From: Truepera sp.
GTDB taxonomy: Bacteria > Deinococcota > Deinococci > Deinococcales > Trueperaceae
Direction of reading: 5' to 3'
DNA: 64,000 bases
Assembly (NCBI GenBank): GCA_965218435.1
Contig: CBDCKW010000009.1
Location: 288,001 to 352,000, forward strand
Below, one piece after another: positions 39,218 to 48,658 of this stretch. Made by a program: the position numbers and the translations under genes. How positions within the stretch are numbered: the first letter of the stretch is position 1; each line of letters begins with the position of its first letter. The notes beneath the pieces were generated by a model. The model had not been told where the DNA came from. It worked only from the letters and a program-made list of their open reading frames with translations, and did not search any database.

Positions 39218-40447
39218 TCAGCTCCCGCCGATACCCGTGCGGGTGGCGAGTTCTTGGGCGGCGGCCCCGGCTTGGGCGGCGTCACCCGAGCTGAGGTAGC
39301 CTTCTAAGACATTGGCGAATTCGCTCATAAAGGTTTCGTTGGCGACTGCGCCGTGAACGAGCGAGCCGACCTGCGTGTCGTTGCTGTAGTCCTGATACGC
39401 TGACTTTGAATAAGCGTTGTAGACGCTCTGATCGGCGTCAAGACGCGGCGAGATCGAGCCTTTCAGCGGGTTGAAGGTATCTTGTCCTTGTTTGGAGCTG
39501 ACCAGCGTCAACCACGCCATCGCTTGGTCGGGATCGGGCGCACCGACCGGCAAGCCGAACGAATCGGCTAACAGGACGAAGGTACCGTCGGTTCCGGGAG
39601 ACGCTTCCCAACCGAAGTCCTTGTGGGGTTTAAGGTTTAGGGTCGTGGTCATGTAACCGGCGGCCCAGTCGCCCATGACGTTAAAGGCGGCCTCACCGTT
39701 CACGACCCGATCGGTGGCCTGTTGCCACGACAGTCCGGCAGCGTCGTCGTTGGTGCATTTCATGATCTTGCCGAAGGTATCCCAGACAGACACGGCCTCA
39801 GGTGAGTCGAAAGCCAGGTCACCCGACCAGAGCGCGTTCCAGTTGTCGGGTCCGAGCACCGAGACCGCTACCGATTCCCAGAGGTGCTGCTGCGTCCAGG
39901 GTTCGGCGACAACGAGCGGCGTCACACCTTGGTCTTGAAGGGTCGGGCACAGCTGCAAAAACTCGTCCCACGAAGTCGGCGCGGAGACGCCCCACTCTTT
40001 AAGCTTAGCGGGCATATACCACATCACGTTCGAGCGGTGAACATCAACCGGGACGCTCCAGATGCCGTTATCGGTGCTGATCAGGTTGAGGAGACTTTCG
40101 GGGAAGGCGTCGTTTAGGCCCTCGTCTTGAAACATGCTCGAGAGGTCTTCCATCCGCTGCGCTGCGACCCAGGTGCCGATCAGTTCTTGACCCGCGTGAA
40201 CCTGAAACGAGTCGGGCGGATCGCCGCCTAACATCCGCGTTTTTAGCACGGCGCGGGCATTGACCCCTGAGCCCCCGGTGACGGTCGCGTTCACCACGTC
40301 GGTGCCGGGGTTTTGCTGTTTGTAGAGCTTGATCATAGCTTCTAACGCGGGGCCTTCGTCCCCGGCCCACCACGAGAAAATCTCGAGCCTCTGCGCCTGC
40401 GATACCGACAGCAAGGCGGCAACTAAAATAACAGCCAGTCTTCTCAT
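39218..40447 (-). CDS. Sugar ABC substrate-binding protein, likely glucose
   Basis: [17 protein letters not shown]...[22 protein letters not shown] closely matches the Thermus glucose-binding protein. Confidence 0.9.
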   Translation of the reverse strand: MRRLAVILVAALLSVSQAQRLEIFSWWAGDEGPALEAMIKLYKQQNPGTDVVNATVTGGSGVNARAVLKTRMLGGDPPDSFQVHAGQELIGTWVAAQRMEDLSSMFQDEGLNDAFPESLLNLISTDNGIWSVPVDVHRSNVMWYMPAKLKEWGVSAPTSWDEFLQLCPTLQDQGVTPLVVAEPWTQQHLWESVAVSVLGPDNWNALWSGDLAFDSPEAVSVWDTFGKIMKCTNDDAAGLSWQQATDRVVNGEAAFNVMGDWAAGYMTTTLNLKPHKDFGWEASPGTDGTFVLLADSFGLPVGAPDPDQAMAWLTLVSSKQGQDTFNPLKGSISPRLDADQSVYNAYSKSAYQDYSNDTQVGSLVHGAVANETFMSEFANVLEGYLSSGDAAQAGAAAQELATRTGIGGS

Positions 40448-40783
40448 CTTTACTCCTGTTCGTTCACGTTTTGTTCCGGTGCTTATTTTAACCTATAGGA
40501 GTGTTGGATGTGGTGAAAGTTTAGCGATCGTAGTGGGGATTTGCTGGATTTATACTTTGAGAAGATAGAGAATTTGAAACAGCTTGCCTGGTGGTTGCAC
40601 GCAACAATCGCCTATTTGGATCGTCCGCTGAATTCGCCGTCGTCCTACTAATTCTCCAGGCACCGGAGCGGATTGTCCTTTGGGCGAAGCTCCGGTGCAT
40701 TTTCAAAATCAATCCTTAACGCCTGAGCTGAGGGACTTTCGTAGAGCGCACGTGCGGAACAAACGACTTTTTCCAACAAGTTG

Positions 40784-41245
40784 TCATGTACCAAAGGTTC
40801 GTTTTCTAACCTCGGCGATGAACTCGGGCCAGCCTGGGCGCTCTTGCGGCCTCCACAAATTATGGATAAACGTCTCGGCTTCGGTGTGGCTCCATAACCC
40901 GTGTGACTCAGCGTAAAGGGCGTAGAAGGCGCTGACGCGGTAGTTTGCGGCACAGTGAATATGGAGTTTCCTCTCTTTTGCTCTTTCAACTGCCGAGACA
41001 AATCGATCGTAATCCGCGAGGGTAGGATGTTTGAAATCAACCGGGATATAGACGTATTTTACCCCTTGTTCTTCGATGATTTCCCGTTCGTTTTCAACAG
41101 CGTATTCGCTCTCGTCCGGGAGCAGATTGATAACGACGTCGTACCCCTCCGACCTGAGACCTGCTAGACGACCTGCTCCCACGACGCCCGAAGTTGTCAG
41201 GAAATCGTTGACGCGCCTGAAGTTATGGCTGTTCTCTATGGTCAT
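40784..41245 (-). CDS. PTP-like/DUF442 Cys-loop protein
   Basis: VINLLP and HIHCAANYRVS motifs. Confidence 0.8.
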   Translation of the reverse strand: MTIENSHNFRRVNDFLTTSGVVGAGRLAGLRSEGYDVVINLLPDESEYAVENEREIIEEQGVKYVYIPVDFKHPTLADYDRFVSAVERAKERKLHIHCAANYRVSAFYALYAESHGLWSHTEAETFIHNLWRPQERPGWPEFIAEVRKRTFGT

Positions 41246-41412
41246 GATGTTATTGACGCATAATTAGGGTTGTCTCGAGGTTTATAGGCTGACATCAACA
41301 GAAACTTTTTTACAGCATAGAAATGGAAGAGCTGGCAAAAATAAGGTTTGGATGGGCGCTTACTCAGCAGCAAGGTTCACTTTTTTGAACCTCATATGTT
41401 CATAATAGAAGG

Positions 41413-43803
41413 GTGACGGCGACGGCTCAAGAACTTAGAAACCGGCTGCGGGGGCCGCTGACCCTCGAGCTCAGGAGTGGCTGCCAAGATACAGCTGTTC
41501 GGGGCGGGCTCGAGCGCCTGTTAGAAACTGTCGGCGGACCGTTTGGCGATGTGCGGGCCTTGATGGACGGTTACAGTGCACTCTCGCCCGGTGAACGTGA
41601 AGAGAAGCTCGAGCAAGCCCTGACCCTCCTCGGCCCACCCGAAGCCCCGGTTTTTACGCCTGAAACTGCACCGTCAGCAAAGCCTCCGAAAAGAACGGTT
41701 GCGCCTGCACCTACGGTCGCGGCACCAGCGGCGGAATTCGTCAGTGCCCAGCTCGACGCTGAGTTTGACACTAGCGTTCTCAACGTCGGCCAGAACGCCG
41801 TAAAAAAACTCGCGCCGCTGGGTCTTAAAACCTACCGCGATCTCCTCTTTTACTACCCCAAACGCTACGAAGACCGCCGCGCGTTGCCAAGTTTTTCGGC
41901 GCTCGGTGAGCAAGAATCGGTCACGGTTATCGGGACGATTACCGGGCGCAAACTGACACGGGCGCGAAGCGGCATGACGGTCGTGCGGGCGTTTTTAGAA
42001 GATGCGCACGGGGCGCGGCTCACGGTGGTGTGGTTTAACCAGGCGTGGCTCGAGAAACAACTCTTTCCCGGTCAGCGCATCGTTGTGACGGGCAAGGTCA
42101 AACGGCGCGGCAGCGTGGTCGAGCTCTCAGCGGCGCATCATGAAATTGACGATGACGCCGAGTCCCTCTCAGCGGGGCGGATCGTCGGGGTGTACGGCAG
42201 CACGCAGGGTTTGAGCCAAGCGTATGTGCGGCGGGCGGCGCGAAGGCTGTTAGACGCGCTTCAACTCGCGCCGGACCATCTGCCGAAAAGTATTGTTGAA
42301 CGCTTCCACCTGATTTCGTTAGATGAAGCCTTGCGCGAAGTCCATTTTCCCACGGGCGAAAAGGCGCTTTCGGCAGCCCTACGGCGCTTAAAGTTCGACG
42401 AGTTTTTGTTTCTCGAGCTGCGCGTCTTGTTAAACCGCGATACGGCTTTGGTCGGTAAACAGTTTAAGGTCAAGCAAAAAGATATTGCGACGTTTGCCTC
42501 GAGCCTGCCTTTCAAGCTCACCAACGCGCAAAGCCGTGTCTTAGATGAAATCTTGAGCGATATGAAAAATCCCAAACAGATGGCGCGGCTGTTGCAAGGT
42601 GATGTGGGGTCGGGTAAAACGGCGGTGGCGGCGGCAGCGGCGTACATCGCCGTAAAAAACGGCTTTCAGGCCGCGCTCATGGCTCCGACTGAAATCCTGG
42701 CGCGGCAGCACTACCTGAACCTGATGCAATATCTGCAACCACTCGGCGTCACCTGCGACCTCTTTATCGGCTCGTCGGGGTTTCGGGAGCGGCGTGAGGC
42801 GCGGGAGCGGTTGCAATCATCGCAAACGGACCTTGCAGTCGGGACGCACGCACTGATTCAAGAGGGCGTCAAGTTTCGCAATCTGGGCCTAGCCATTGTA
42901 GACGAAGAGCATCGTTTCGGCGTCGAGCAGCGGCGCAAACTTTTAGGCAACAGCCCGGATGTACTGGTCATGAGCGCCACGCCGATTCCGCGCTCGCTAG
43001 CCTTGACGTATTACGGCGACCTCGAGCTGAGCATCATTGACGAACTTCCGCCCGGTCGTCAGGGTATCGAAACCCGTTTGGTGGGTGACGCCAAACGCCG
43101 CGACGTGTACCGCTTTGCCTGGGGTGAGATTCAAAAGGGGCGGCAGGTCTATCTGGTGACGCCGCTGATCGAAGAGAGCGAAGCCGAGGTGATGAGCGAA
43201 ATCATGTCGGCCACGCAGATGTATGACGACCTTAAGGCCATCATGCCCGAGGGCTGCCGGATTGCGCTCTTACACGGCAAGCTGACGGGGCAGGAAAAAG
43301 ACGAGGTGATGGAGGCGTTTCGCCGCCGTGAGTACGACCTGCTCGTCTCGACCACCGTCATCGAGGTCGGGGTAGACATTCCGAACGCCAGCGTGATGAT
43401 TATTGAGAATGCTGAACGCTTCGGGTTGTCGCAGCTGCATCAGCTCCGGGGCCGGGTCGGGCGTGGGGAGCACTCGAGCTACTGCATCTTGGTTGCGGGC
43501 GACCGCTCGAAAAAGACGCAGCAGCGCCTCGGCGTGATCGAAAAAAATTCGGATGGGTTTTTAATTGCCGAAAAAGATTTGGAGCTGCGCGGCCCCGGTG
43601 AACTGCGCGGGACGCGGCAGTCGGGGATGCCGGATTTGGTGTTGGGCGATTTGGCGCAGGACACTGAAATCATTGAGCACTCGAGGGATTTGGCAAAGCG
43701 GATGTTAGAAGCTGACCCGAAGTTGGAAGCGTCTTGGGCGGTAAGGCTGCGCGAAGAACTCAAACGCCGGAGCCGTGCGGTAGCGTTCCGGGAGATTATC
43801 TGA
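41413..43803 (+). CDS. recG: ATP-dependent DNA helicase RecG
   Basis: GDVGSGKT, DEEHRFG, SATPIPR, QLRGRVGR and TRG motif. Confidence 0.97.
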   Translation: MTATAQELRNRLRGPLTLELRSGCQDTAVRGGLERLLETVGGPFGDVRALMDGYSALSPGEREEKLEQALTLLGPPEAPVFTPETAPSAKPPKRTVAPAPTVAAPAAEFVSAQLDAEFDTSVLNVGQNAVKKLAPLGLKTYRDLLFYYPKRYEDRRALPSFSALGEQESVTVIGTITGRKLTRARSGMTVVRAFLEDAHGARLTVVWFNQAWLEKQLFPGQRIVVTGKVKRRGSVVELSAAHHEIDDDAESLSAGRIVGVYGSTQGLSQAYVRRAARRLLDALQLAPDHLPKSIVERFHLISLDEALREVHFPTGEKALSAALRRLKFDEFLFLELRVLLNRDTALVGKQFKVKQKDIATFASSLPFKLTNAQSRVLDEILSDMKNPKQMARLLQGDVGSGKTAVAAAAAYIAVKNGFQAALMAPTEILARQHYLNLMQYLQPLGVTCDLFIGSSGFRERREARERLQSSQTDLAVGTHALIQEGVKFRNLGLAIVDEEHRFGVEQRRKLLGNSPDVLVMSATPIPRSLALTYYGDLELSIIDELPPGRQGIETRLVGDAKRRDVYRFAWGEIQKGRQVYLVTPLIEESEAEVMSEIMSATQMYDDLKAIMPEGCRIALLHGKLTGQEKDEVMEAFRRREYDLLVSTTVIEVGVDIPNASVMIIENAERFGLSQLHQLRGRVGRGEHSSYCILVAGDRSKKTQQRLGVIEKNSDGFLIAEKDLELRGPGELRGTRQSGMPDLVLGDLAQDTEIIEHSRDLAKRMLEADPKLEASWAVRLREELKRRSRAVAFREII

Positions 43804-43870
43804 GGGGTGGGCGCGTTGCTTCGGCTTGGGTCTGTGGTCTCTTATGCAGGTGCTTCAGTGATAACCGTGT

Positions 43871-44848
43871 CTACGCGCATTCCCCTCGGCTGAGCGTTTC
43901 AGTGCGCCGACTTAACGCTACAAGCGCCGTTTGTAACTCGGGTGGTTCAAGCACTTTCACGGGGAAGGGAAACTCTAACAAATATAGGGCCACGCGCCAA
44001 AGCCATTTCGGAGGGGTTATCCGCGTGAGCAGGATGCCATCATCGTAAGGTTCAAGCATGGCAATGTACGAGGGGATGTGCTTACTGGCTTCTAAGAGCG
44101 TGGTTTGTAACCAGATACGGCAGGTGACGCTACCAGGAGACGGTGCTTGGGCCAGTGAATCACTTATGACCTTAAAAGCGTCAAAGGTTCCGGATAATTC
44201 AAAGTTTTCATCTGTGGCTTTTAATATCTCGAGCCTGTCTAGCCTGAAAGTGCGAACGTCTTTTCGTAAGTAACAGTAGCCTGCCACGTACCAGTGTTTA
44301 TTGACATGCACGACGCCGTAAGGGTCAAGCTTGCGATAGGTAAAGCCGCTGCTACGCGAACGGTAACGTACCTCGAGCCGTTGGCGCTGCTGCACGGCTT
44401 CCGATACATCAAGGACTGTGCTACTCCCTATTTGTTCTACTGCCAAGTTTTCTGTAGGTTCGGTTGTAAGCGTTTGGAGAACTGAGTCTATCCGCTCACC
44501 GAGTTTTTCGGTGAGGACGTGTTCGAGTCGTCTAAACGCACTCGCGGCGGCCTTGGCAAGCTGAGGATTCCCCATCTGCTGCGTTTGTTTAAGCCCCAGC
44601 GCCAACACCAACGCCTCGTCATCGGTAAACCGCACCGCTTGAAGCAGGGCTCCTTTCAATAGTTTGACGCCACCGTTACGTCCAGGCAGTATTTCTAAAT
44701 CAATATTCAAGTCTTGCAACCGTATCAGATCACGCCGGATGGTGCGTTCACTTACGCCGAAATGTTCTGCCAGTGCTTGAGTCGTCAGCTTCTGTTGACC
44801 TTGCAACAGCTCGACGATGGTAAAAAGTCTATCCGTTAGACCGTTCAT
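43871..44848 (-). CDS. HTH_11-WYL-WCX (YafY-like) transcriptional regulator
   Basis: LAEHFGVSERTIRRD HTH; WYVAGYC..R.DVRTFRLDR. Confidence 0.92.
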   Translation of the reverse strand: MNGLTDRLFTIVELLQGQQKLTTQALAEHFGVSERTIRRDLIRLQDLNIDLEILPGRNGGVKLLKGALLQAVRFTDDEALVLALGLKQTQQMGNPQLAKAAASAFRRLEHVLTEKLGERIDSVLQTLTTEPTENLAVEQIGSSTVLDVSEAVQQRQRLEVRYRSRSSGFTYRKLDPYGVVHVNKHWYVAGYCYLRKDVRTFRLDRLEILKATDENFELSGTFDAFKVISDSLAQAPSPGSVTCRIWLQTTLLEASKHIPSYIAMLEPYDDGILLTRITPPKWLWRVALYLLEFPFPVKVLEPPELQTALVALSRRTETLSRGECA

Positions 44849-44879
44849 CTTAAAAAGCATCATAACCAAAGATGGTCCT

Positions 44880-44906
44880 AAACCCGGTCAGCTCATGTCC
44901 GGGTTT
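44880..44906. promoter_or_regulatory. Palindromic candidate WYL operator
   Basis: AAACCCGG-tcagctcatgt-CCGGGTTT (core GGTCA-n5-TGTCC) between divergent genes. Confidence 0.6.
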
Positions 44907-44951
44907 GTCGTTATGCTTTTTACGGAGGATAAGCCTCGGAAGGAGAAACTC

Positions 44952-45206
44952 ATGAAACTCAATCCCAACGCTATAGAAGAGTTGCGTTCTCAATTTGACT
45001 ATGACAAAACGTTACCCCTAAACGTCGAAGAACACGGCACACAAACAAGAAATGGCGTCTCTGCTCTTGACCTAAGCTATGCCAGCCCCATACACGGCAA
45101 GGTCAAAGCCTATTGGGTTGCACCGTCTGAGGGAGAAAAGGTTGCGGGTCTACTTTTTGTACATCCAGGGCCAGGAGACCGCACTATTCACCAACGACCT
45201 ATGTGA
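44952..45206 (+). pseudogene. Truncated alpha/beta-hydrolase N-terminal fragment
   Basis: AGGAG RBS; FDYD..PL, DLSYASP..GKVKAY.V.P and GLLFVH typical of esterase N-termini; stops after 84 aa with no GxSxG. Confidence 0.6.
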
Positions 45207-45356
45207 CTTCGCTACGCTGCGTGCTTAAAACCCCAAAATCTGCTTGGGCGTTCGGCTTCTGCGCCGCCGGACACACCAGTTGCGGCACAGCTACGTCACC
45301 GTAATGCCGTAGTCACGTTACAGTCAGGCGTTGTATGCTCGAGCCGGTACCCCGTT

Positions 45357-45812
45357 ATGACCCTCCTTCTACGCCTCGGCTTTCTCTTCATCCTCGCCGG
45401 TTTTATTCTTGGTCTCCTGCTGCGCCGTGTCTACCCGGAAAAGACACCTGAGGCCGTCGTCATCTCAGCACTGCCGTGGGCTGTCCACCTGATCTACGCG
45501 CTCAGCTGGGCCGTCAGCGTTTACCAAGCAGTCGTCGGCGCGGTTATCTTTGGCGTTTTAGACGTTGCGCTGGCTGCCCTTAGCTTCCGTTTGGGACCGC
45601 GTTTTTACCGTCATGATAGACGCCGCGCTGGACTCATACCACTTTTTTTGTTGGCAGGTCACAGCCTCATCTTAGGTATCTGGGTGCTTTTTACCGAGGT
45701 CTCGTTCGGGACGCTGCCGAACCTTTACTTCGTCGCTGCGACGCTGTTCGTCTCAGCGGGGCTGTTGACTTACGGGTTGCCGCTGCCTAAGGGGATCGTC
45801 AGGCGGCGCTAA
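45357..45812 (+). CDS. Small multi-pass membrane protein
   Basis: 151 aa with about 5 hydrophobic segments. Confidence 0.65.
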   Translation: MTLLLRLGFLFILAGFILGLLLRRVYPEKTPEAVVISALPWAVHLIYALSWAVSVYQAVVGAVIFGVLDVALAALSFRLGPRFYRHDRRRAGLIPLFLLAGHSLILGIWVLFTEVSFGTLPNLYFVAATLFVSAGLLTYGLPLPKGIVRRR

Positions 45813-45886
45813 ACGTTCATCGCTGCAGCGTGTAGACGGTAGTTATGCCGGTCTCAGCCTCGAGACAAGGCGCTGAAGCCCGCGCC

Positions 45887-48412
45887 TCAACCTGATTCAC
45901 CGCTCTTGTTTAGCCCTAAAAAGCGCTCGAGAAGGTTTGCCCGCCAGACGGCCCGAACGAGAAAAAACCACACGATCACTAAACCCATCAGACCCAGATT
46001 GATCAAAAACGGTTTGACGAAAATACCGAAATAGTACCCCAGCGGGCCGACCGACCAGACGATCCAAAAGAGGACAAAAAGCCCGGCAGCCAGCAGAGCC
46101 GGGCGTTTATCCGGGCTGACCTCTTTGCGCCACCCCAAAAAGAAGCGGCTGGGCGGTTCTAGAAACAAGATAATCACGCAGGCGACCCACGAGATGAAGA
46201 TAGATACGCTTCCTTGGGCCAGTACAGTCGCCACGGTGTTGCGGTACGCCGCGTTCTCAGCCGAAACGCCGGTGTACGACTCGAAGACCTGCCTGGCCCG
46301 CGCTGCGTTCACCCCGGTCAGCGGGACATTGAGTAAAAAGTTGTAATCGGCCGTGTAGATACTTACCGCTATCAGCATGGCAATAATGGCAGCCGGAAAG
46401 ACGAACCGCATCAAAGAACCCAAAAGGTTCGCCTCTAGCTGCTGCGGACGCGCCCACAACGTTAAAAAAAAGGCGGGTACGGCGACCGTAAAGGTGGTCA
46501 GCGCCACCTGAGCCGGATCGAAGGGGAAATCAAGCCCGACCATCGTTACCGCGATGATAATGAGGGCGGTCGTAGCGACGCGGGTCAAAAACAGATAGAG
46601 CGCGCTAGAGAGCCCACCGATAATCCGCCTACCCTCGTGAAACGCTGGGCGCAGCGCCGCAAACGAATCCTCCAACAAGATCATGTCGGCCACGTTTTGT
46701 GCGGCGCTGCTGCCGCTTTGCATGGCAATCCCGAGCGAAGCTTTTTTAAGCGCCAGTACGTCGTTAACCCCGTCGCCCAGCATCGCGACGCGCTTGCCCC
46801 GCCTGAGCAGCGCCTCGACGAGTTGGGTTTTTTGCTCCGGGGTGACGCGGCCAAAGATAGTCGCGTCACCTGCAGCCTGAGCAAAGTCGCTTGGACTCAT
46901 TAAGGCTAATTCCGGGCCGGATACAAGGACCCCTTCAGGAAACCCCACCTGTTTAGCGAGGGCGGCGACCGTCTGCGGGTCGTCCCCGGAGATGACTTTT
47001 AGCTCGAGGCCTAACTCTCTAAACGCAGCGAGGGTTTCTTTCGCGTCGGGGCGCAGTTCGTCACGAAAACTGACGAGCAGCAAAGGGATTAGCGGCGGCA
47101 ACTGCGGCTGCCCCTGTTCGTCGTGCAAATGGGTGACCTCTGGGCTATACGCGAATAGCAAGACGCGCAGACCCTGTCCCGACCAAGCCCCGGCCTGCCG
47201 GGAGAGCGGCGACTCGGGGGTGACGGTAGCCGGGGGCAGATAAGGCTCGAGCAGCTCGGGCGCGCCCAGCACGTAGACCCCGCGCCGCGCCGACTGGTCA
47301 AAAGCCAGCGCGCTCCACTTGCGGGCAGAGTTAAAGGGCACGTCGGCAACGGTCGGACGGGCTTCGCCCGGGACACCGGCGGCGACAGCTTCACCGGTTT
47401 TGTTTTGCGCTGAGCTGCTCCGCACGAAATCGCCGAGTTGGGCTCTAAGCGCCCCTAGCGGCGCGTCGTGGAGTGGGTAGATAGCGTCTAGGACCAGCCG
47501 GTTGGCCGTCAACGTGCCGGTTTTGTCCATGCAGACTATATCAACCGTGCCCAGCGACTCGACGGCGTTAATCTGCTGCACCAGCGCCCCTCGCTTGGCT
47601 ATCGCCGAAGCGCCCAGCGCGTAGGCCACCACGGTCATTAAAAACAGGCCGTACGGGACTTGACCGCTTAGCACGGCGGCAATCTGCACCAGGCGCACGG
47701 TCGGTAACCCCTCGAGCAAGCCGGAGAGCAAGATAATAATGCTCATAACGACGACGACCAGCATCACGACCCGGACGACCAGCTCGATCTCGCGTTGCAG
47801 CGGCGTCTGCGTCACCTGAAACTGACGCGCTGTCGCGGTGAGGCGATTGGCGAAGCTGTCGGACCCCATCTTTCGGGCTTCAAAGTACCCCGTACCGGTT
47901 ACGCAAAAACTACCTGAGAAGAGTTCGTCCCCGGCCTCCTTACGGACGAGGTCCGATTCGCCGGTCAGCAGCGACTCGTCAAGCTCGAGCGCGCCGCTCC
48001 CAAGCATCACTCCGTCTACCACGATTTGGTCACCCGCACTGACCTTGACAACGTCGCCCCTGACCAGTTCAGCCGGGGCGACGACTTTTTCCCGGCCTTC
48101 ACGGATCACTGTGACCTTCGGATCGGCGATCAGGGCGATCCGGTCTAGATGGCGCTTCGCCCTGACCTCCTGAGCGGTGCTGATCAGGGCGTTGACGAGA
48201 CCGATGCCTGCGCTAACCACCGCGTCGTTTACGCGCCCCAAAGCTAACAGGGCGACGCCGATGGCGAACAAGATGGTGTTAAACCAGTTAAACAAGTTCG
48301 AGCGGATGATATGCCAGTAGGTACGGCTGGGGCGGATACTGACGTCGTTGCCTTCGCCGCGTCCACGCCGAAGGCTCACCTCACGCTCTGTCAGACCTTG
48401 GCTGGGTAGCAT
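45887..48412 (-). CDS. P-type ATPase (CtpE-like)
   Basis: LTGES, DKTGTLT, SGD and GDGVND motifs. Confidence 0.92.
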   Translation of the reverse strand: MLPSQGLTEREVSLRRGRGEGNDVSIRPSRTYWHIIRSNLFNWFNTILFAIGVALLALGRVNDAVVSAGIGLVNALISTAQEVRAKRHLDRIALIADPKVTVIREGREKVVAPAELVRGDVVKVSAGDQIVVDGVMLGSGALELDESLLTGESDLVRKEAGDELFSGSFCVTGTGYFEARKMGSDSFANRLTATARQFQVTQTPLQREIELVVRVVMLVVVVMSIIILLSGLLEGLPTVRLVQIAAVLSGQVPYGLFLMTVVAYALGASAIAKRGALVQQINAVESLGTVDIVCMDKTGTLTANRLVLDAIYPLHDAPLGALRAQLGDFVRSSSAQNKTGEAVAAGVPGEARPTVADVPFNSARKWSALAFDQSARRGVYVLGAPELLEPYLPPATVTPESPLSRQAGAWSGQGLRVLLFAYSPEVTHLHDEQGQPQLPPLIPLLLVSFRDELRPDAKETLAAFRELGLELKVISGDDPQTVAALAKQVGFPEGVLVSGPELALMSPSDFAQAAGDATIFGRVTPEQKTQLVEALLRRGKRVAMLGDGVNDVLALKKASLGIAMQSGSSAAQNVADMILLEDSFAALRPAFHEGRRIIGGLSSALYLFLTRVATTALIIIAVTMVGLDFPFDPAQVALTTFTVAVPAFFLTLWARPQQLEANLLGSLMRFVFPAAIIAMLIAVSIYTADYNFLLNVPLTGVNAARARQVFESYTGVSAENAAYRNTVATVLAQGSVSIFISWVACVIILFLEPPSRFFLGWRKEVSPDKRPALLAAGLFVLFWIVWSVGPLGYYFGIFVKPFLINLGLMGLVIVWFFLVRAVWRANLLERFLGLNKSGESG

Positions 48413-48483
48413 GTTCTCCTATTATCGTTACTGAGTTTTGCACCGCGGTGCTCGGCGGTAGAGCTTGGTACCGTGCTTGACAC

Positions 48484-48543
48484 CACAGTACTTGGTCTCA
48501 CAGTACTTGGCCTCATAAAGCTCGGTATCACAGTACTCTGGAT
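48484..48543. repeat. Degenerate 15-bp tandem repeat, 4 units
   Basis: cacagtacttggtct/cacagtacttggcct/cataaagctcggtat/cacagtactctggat. Confidence 0.7.
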
Positions 48544-48601
48544 CGTACGCTGAACCCGGCTTACGGCGCTACTGTAAAAGACTCCCGTAGTGATTCTCAC
48601 G

Positions 48602-48635
48602 GGGTTGAACTTATAAGCGGGTTGAACTTGTAAGC
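48602..48635. repeat. 17-bp direct repeat, 2 units
   Basis: gggttgaacttataagc/gggttgaacttgtaagc. Confidence 0.8.
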
Positions 48636-48658
48636 CCACTTCGGGACCAGACACCCGG

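Noticed and set aside
48454..48654. Repeat cluster as a CRISPR array, or the 87-aa ORF 48391..48654 as a gene
   Set aside because: Units are contiguous with no unique spacers and no cas genes; the ORF is low-complexity and probably a by-product of the repeats
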